Assembly: GCF_001194135.2 (NCBI RefSeq)
Contig: NC_068994.1
Coordinates: 48,069,548-48,133,547, forward strand
Length of the DNA stretch: 64,000 nt
Direction of reading: 5' to 3'
Source: Octopus bimaculoides
Lineage: Eukaryota
The position numbers were made by a program, and so were the translations under genes. Shown here piece by piece: positions 60,942 through 64,000 of this stretch; within the stretch, counting starts at the first letter, position 1, and every line of letters starts with the position of its first letter. Below the pieces are notes generated by a model. That model made no database searches, was not told the origin of the DNA, and saw only the letters and a program-made list of their open reading frames with translations.

Positions 60942-62429
60942 TGAATCTAGACAGACGAAAGGAAGACTTTTCAAGACACTACTAGTAAGAAGTTATCTTT
61001 ACTTTAACTGCTTTCACAAACCAGCAGTATTTATTTCTTTATGAGTGTATGTGTGCATGTGTGAGAGATGGATGTTCTTTTTTTGCATATCTGTGTGTGT
61101 GTGTGTAGATATTTGTACACATACACACAAAACTACTGATAAATCAATAGATTGAAGAGAGATAACTCTTGATGGCGAAGTTGCTCATCATACTGACTTT
61201 TTAAAACAAAGGCACATGAATAAGAAATAGTCAAATATATCGATCCTAGTACGTGATAGGTACTTTATTTTTGAAAGGCCAAATTCACCTCAAACAGAAA
61301 TTATCTAAAATAATACCTTGAGAGGTTGAAATGTAACAAATACAGATTTCAAAAGCTGTTTCAATACTCATTCTACCTATTCTGCTAGGTAAGAGGGTGG
61401 CGAATCAGGGTAAATTTGCATTAAGTGGGGTAAAAACGAAATTCTTGGGAGTAATGAGGACTCGTTAGATATAAGTAAAATTACATAAAAAACGTGTTCC
61501 TTGTTGCGACAGAAAATTTTCTTTTGGCAACACTGCATCTGTCCAATGTAATGGATGTGTAAATAGATTCATATAAACAGATTCAATAAACCTTTTGAAT
61601 TCAAAGAATCTATGATTTTCTTCCTTTCAAATCAAGTGGGTAACATCAGCATAAATAGATACATTTTGGGGTAATTGGTTGAAAAAGTTCCCCAATCCTG
61701 TGCTAAATCATTGTCCTAAATAAATAAGTATTTCCAGGTTACATATTTTAAGTATTACAACTATTATACAATGTACTTCACTATTTTGTAGGACAAGTGT
61801 TTGGTGTGCAGAAATAGTAGTGTGTTAGCCTATCTCTCTCTCTGCAGAGGGACTGAAATCTAACCATGTACTTCTGAAGTGAATGTCTTACCCTCACAGT
61901 CATGTTGCATATGTCATAATCATTATCATAATTTAACATCCATGTTTCATGTTGGCATGGGCTGGACAGTTTGACAGGATCCACTGGATCCAAAGACTCC
62001 ATCATGCTCCAGTGACTGCTTTGACATGGTTTCTGCAGCTGGATGCCCTTCCTAACATCAACCACTTTACAGTGTGTACATGGGGTCACCATGTAGCTTG
62101 AAAGACTATGAACCCTGATTTGGGGAGGTAGGTGGCTTTAAACTGGGAGATGCGGTGTTAAAATATGAGAGAAAGGAAGGGAGAGAGCAGGTGGTTGTTG
62201 TAGATGAGCTGCAAAGAAATAAATAGCGCTGATGAGGTGGCCTCTCAAGGTACAAGGTGAGTAGAAGTGAGTGTGAGCAGAGTAACTAGGAGCGTGTGTG
62301 TGAACGAGGGAGGTAGGAAGAGTGTATGAGGGTGAAAGATACAGAGGAATGGCAAAGGGAAGGTAGGCAACAACTGTACAGACTGGGTAGGATTTAAAGG
62401 TAAATGTAGGGAGTGGGGGATAAGGGGTG

Positions 62430-63730
62430 GAAGACTGGTGATTATAATCATGATGGGGCATGCAGGTATGATAGGATGTACTTCCTTTCATGTGGACAAG
62501 GATGAACATTTTCACTTCTGCTGTTCAGGTAGATGCCTGGGTGCTGGGAGCTCTTTAAGATTAGTTTTTTTCTCAGCCAGGCATAATCTGTACTTCCTGC
62601 TGCTATTGAAGTAAGTTTTACATTTCTCAAGAACCTTCCACTTTATGCTGCACTCAGTGGTGCTTTCTTATAATGACCATATGTGCTTGTACATCTCTCA
62701 AGGATGTTGAAGGAGACCTTGTGGTTGTTACAGTGGGTTCTAAAGGGGTCTCCAGTTGCTTCCATGTACTTTCACATGTTTGGTTGTCCATTTGGTCCTA
62801 TTGCTGTCACCTCTGCCTCGTATACGACAGTCTCCATATTACAGTGGCCATTCAGTGGACATGTTGTGTTACCATTACACGAGCATCCCACCTCTGTCTC
62901 AGGTGTAGGTCTACCTCCTAAAATATTTTTTATATTGGGTGCACTGCTAAAGGAATTCTCAAGGTGAGCCTATTAAATATTTTGCTGAACATATTTGTAC
63001 GTGGGAAGTGCTTATCTATCAAGCTAACCTACTCGGGTTTTAACACTTAAAGAGAAGGGCAGTGTAAACCACAGCATTTCTCAGTGGCATTTTCTCTTGG
63101 AGGGGTTAGGGTCTGGCATGTAACTAGTTCTATCCTTGAAACTGCTGGCAGCCAGAGCCTCATTATAAGTACAGGGCAGCAGCATCGAAAAGCTTTTTGC
63201 TTGAAGATAAGTCAGAGATTCTTCTGCTGATATGCTTTACCAGGTTCTTGAAAACTATGGCATGTGGCCATTTGCCCTCTAGATATTGCCAGCACATCAT
63301 CCCTATAGAGGCCAAAGCTAGTGAAAGGGAACTTGTTTTTGAGTAAATCTAGGACAAAGAAGAAACCAACAAAGTCATACACATCAGTGCTGTTGAATGC
63401 ACTTACTGCCATGTCGAAGGAACCTTCTGGGTCAGTTCATTTGGTTCTGGTCAATCCCTTGCTGAAGAGTAGGGTTCTTCTGATGTGCATGATGTGTATA
63501 TCCTTGTCACTAACTTCAATGTAAGACCAGCAAAGCCCAGTGCCTTAAAAAGGAGTTCCCTCGATATATATAGAGAGCAGCCACCATATTTCATTCCATA
63601 ATGGCTACATCTGAAGAGCACATGTTTACATAATCGGACTGTTACCTAACACTCCGTTGAACCCCTGGTGCAAAACTGATTGGTAAGATCAACCGTAATG
63701 GATATATAATACTTTACAGACAGATGAGTG
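62430..63730 (-). mobile_element. Decayed Penelope-like retroelement (RT + GIY-YIG endonuclease remnants)
   Basis: Minus-strand fragments with stops and frameshifts: GSFDMAVSAFNSTDVYDFVG...DLLKNKF...FGLYRDDVLAI (YRDD at 63296-63307), IDKHFP...KIFNR, GCSCNGNTTCPLNGHCNMETVVYEAEV...KYM...NNHKVSF, IKWKV...LCLAEKKLI...LNSRSE...CPHERKY. Order RT - Cys linker - GIY-YIG matches PLE architecture. Confidence 0.82.
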
Positions 63731-64000
63731 CATTTTTTTCCTGACTTGTGAAGTCTTAGATGGCCTATACACTCACACACATGTATGTATATATATATAC
63801 ATACATATATATCATCATCATCATCATCATCATCGTTTAACGTCCGCTTTCCATGCTAGCATGGGTTGGACGATTTGACTGAGGACTGGTGAAACCGGAT
63901 GGCAACACCAGGCTCCAGTCTGATTTGGCAGAGTTTCTACAGCTGGATGCCCTTCCTAACGCCAACCACTCAGAGAGTGTAGTGGGTGCTTTTACGTGTC

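Noticed and set aside
62228-62270. CTGATGAG as a hammerhead ribozyme core near the PLE
   Set aside because: No stem II followed by GAAA, and on the strand opposite to the element.

Overview
AT-rich eukaryotic (animal) genomic DNA, not prokaryotic: no CRISPR, rRNA or tRNA gene found, and the supplied ORF track is mostly intron noise, repeat antisense or N-gap artefact. The repeat content looks octopus-like (taxon is an inference from recalled repeat families). Manual splicing gives three genes with GT-AG introns and continuous frames: (1) the 3' part of DENND10/FAM45A on + (5 exons, 148-2858; 5' part lies before the window); (2) BRD8 on - (20 coding exons, 30035 to 6393, 1096 aa, one C-terminal bromodomain, a ~150-aa polyQ-rich tract); (3) ARMH3/C10orf76 on - (26 coding exons, 60101 to 34922, 692 aa; promoter/5'UTR exon not located). 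Introns are dense with four SINE-like families, piggyBac-like and hAT-like MITEs, an RTE LINE fragment, a decayed Penelope-like element and microsatellites; there are five N gaps. I did not find a convincing novel multi-gene system. The best leads are structured intronic RNA candidates (36-bp perfect hairpin, pre-miRNA-like hairpin, H/ACA-scaRNA-like segment), a symmetric motif cassette in the BRD8 promoter, a triplicated splice-acceptor unit before the ARMH3 start codon, and an unexplained 202-codon ORF. Repeat boundaries are approximate and all identities were judged by eye.
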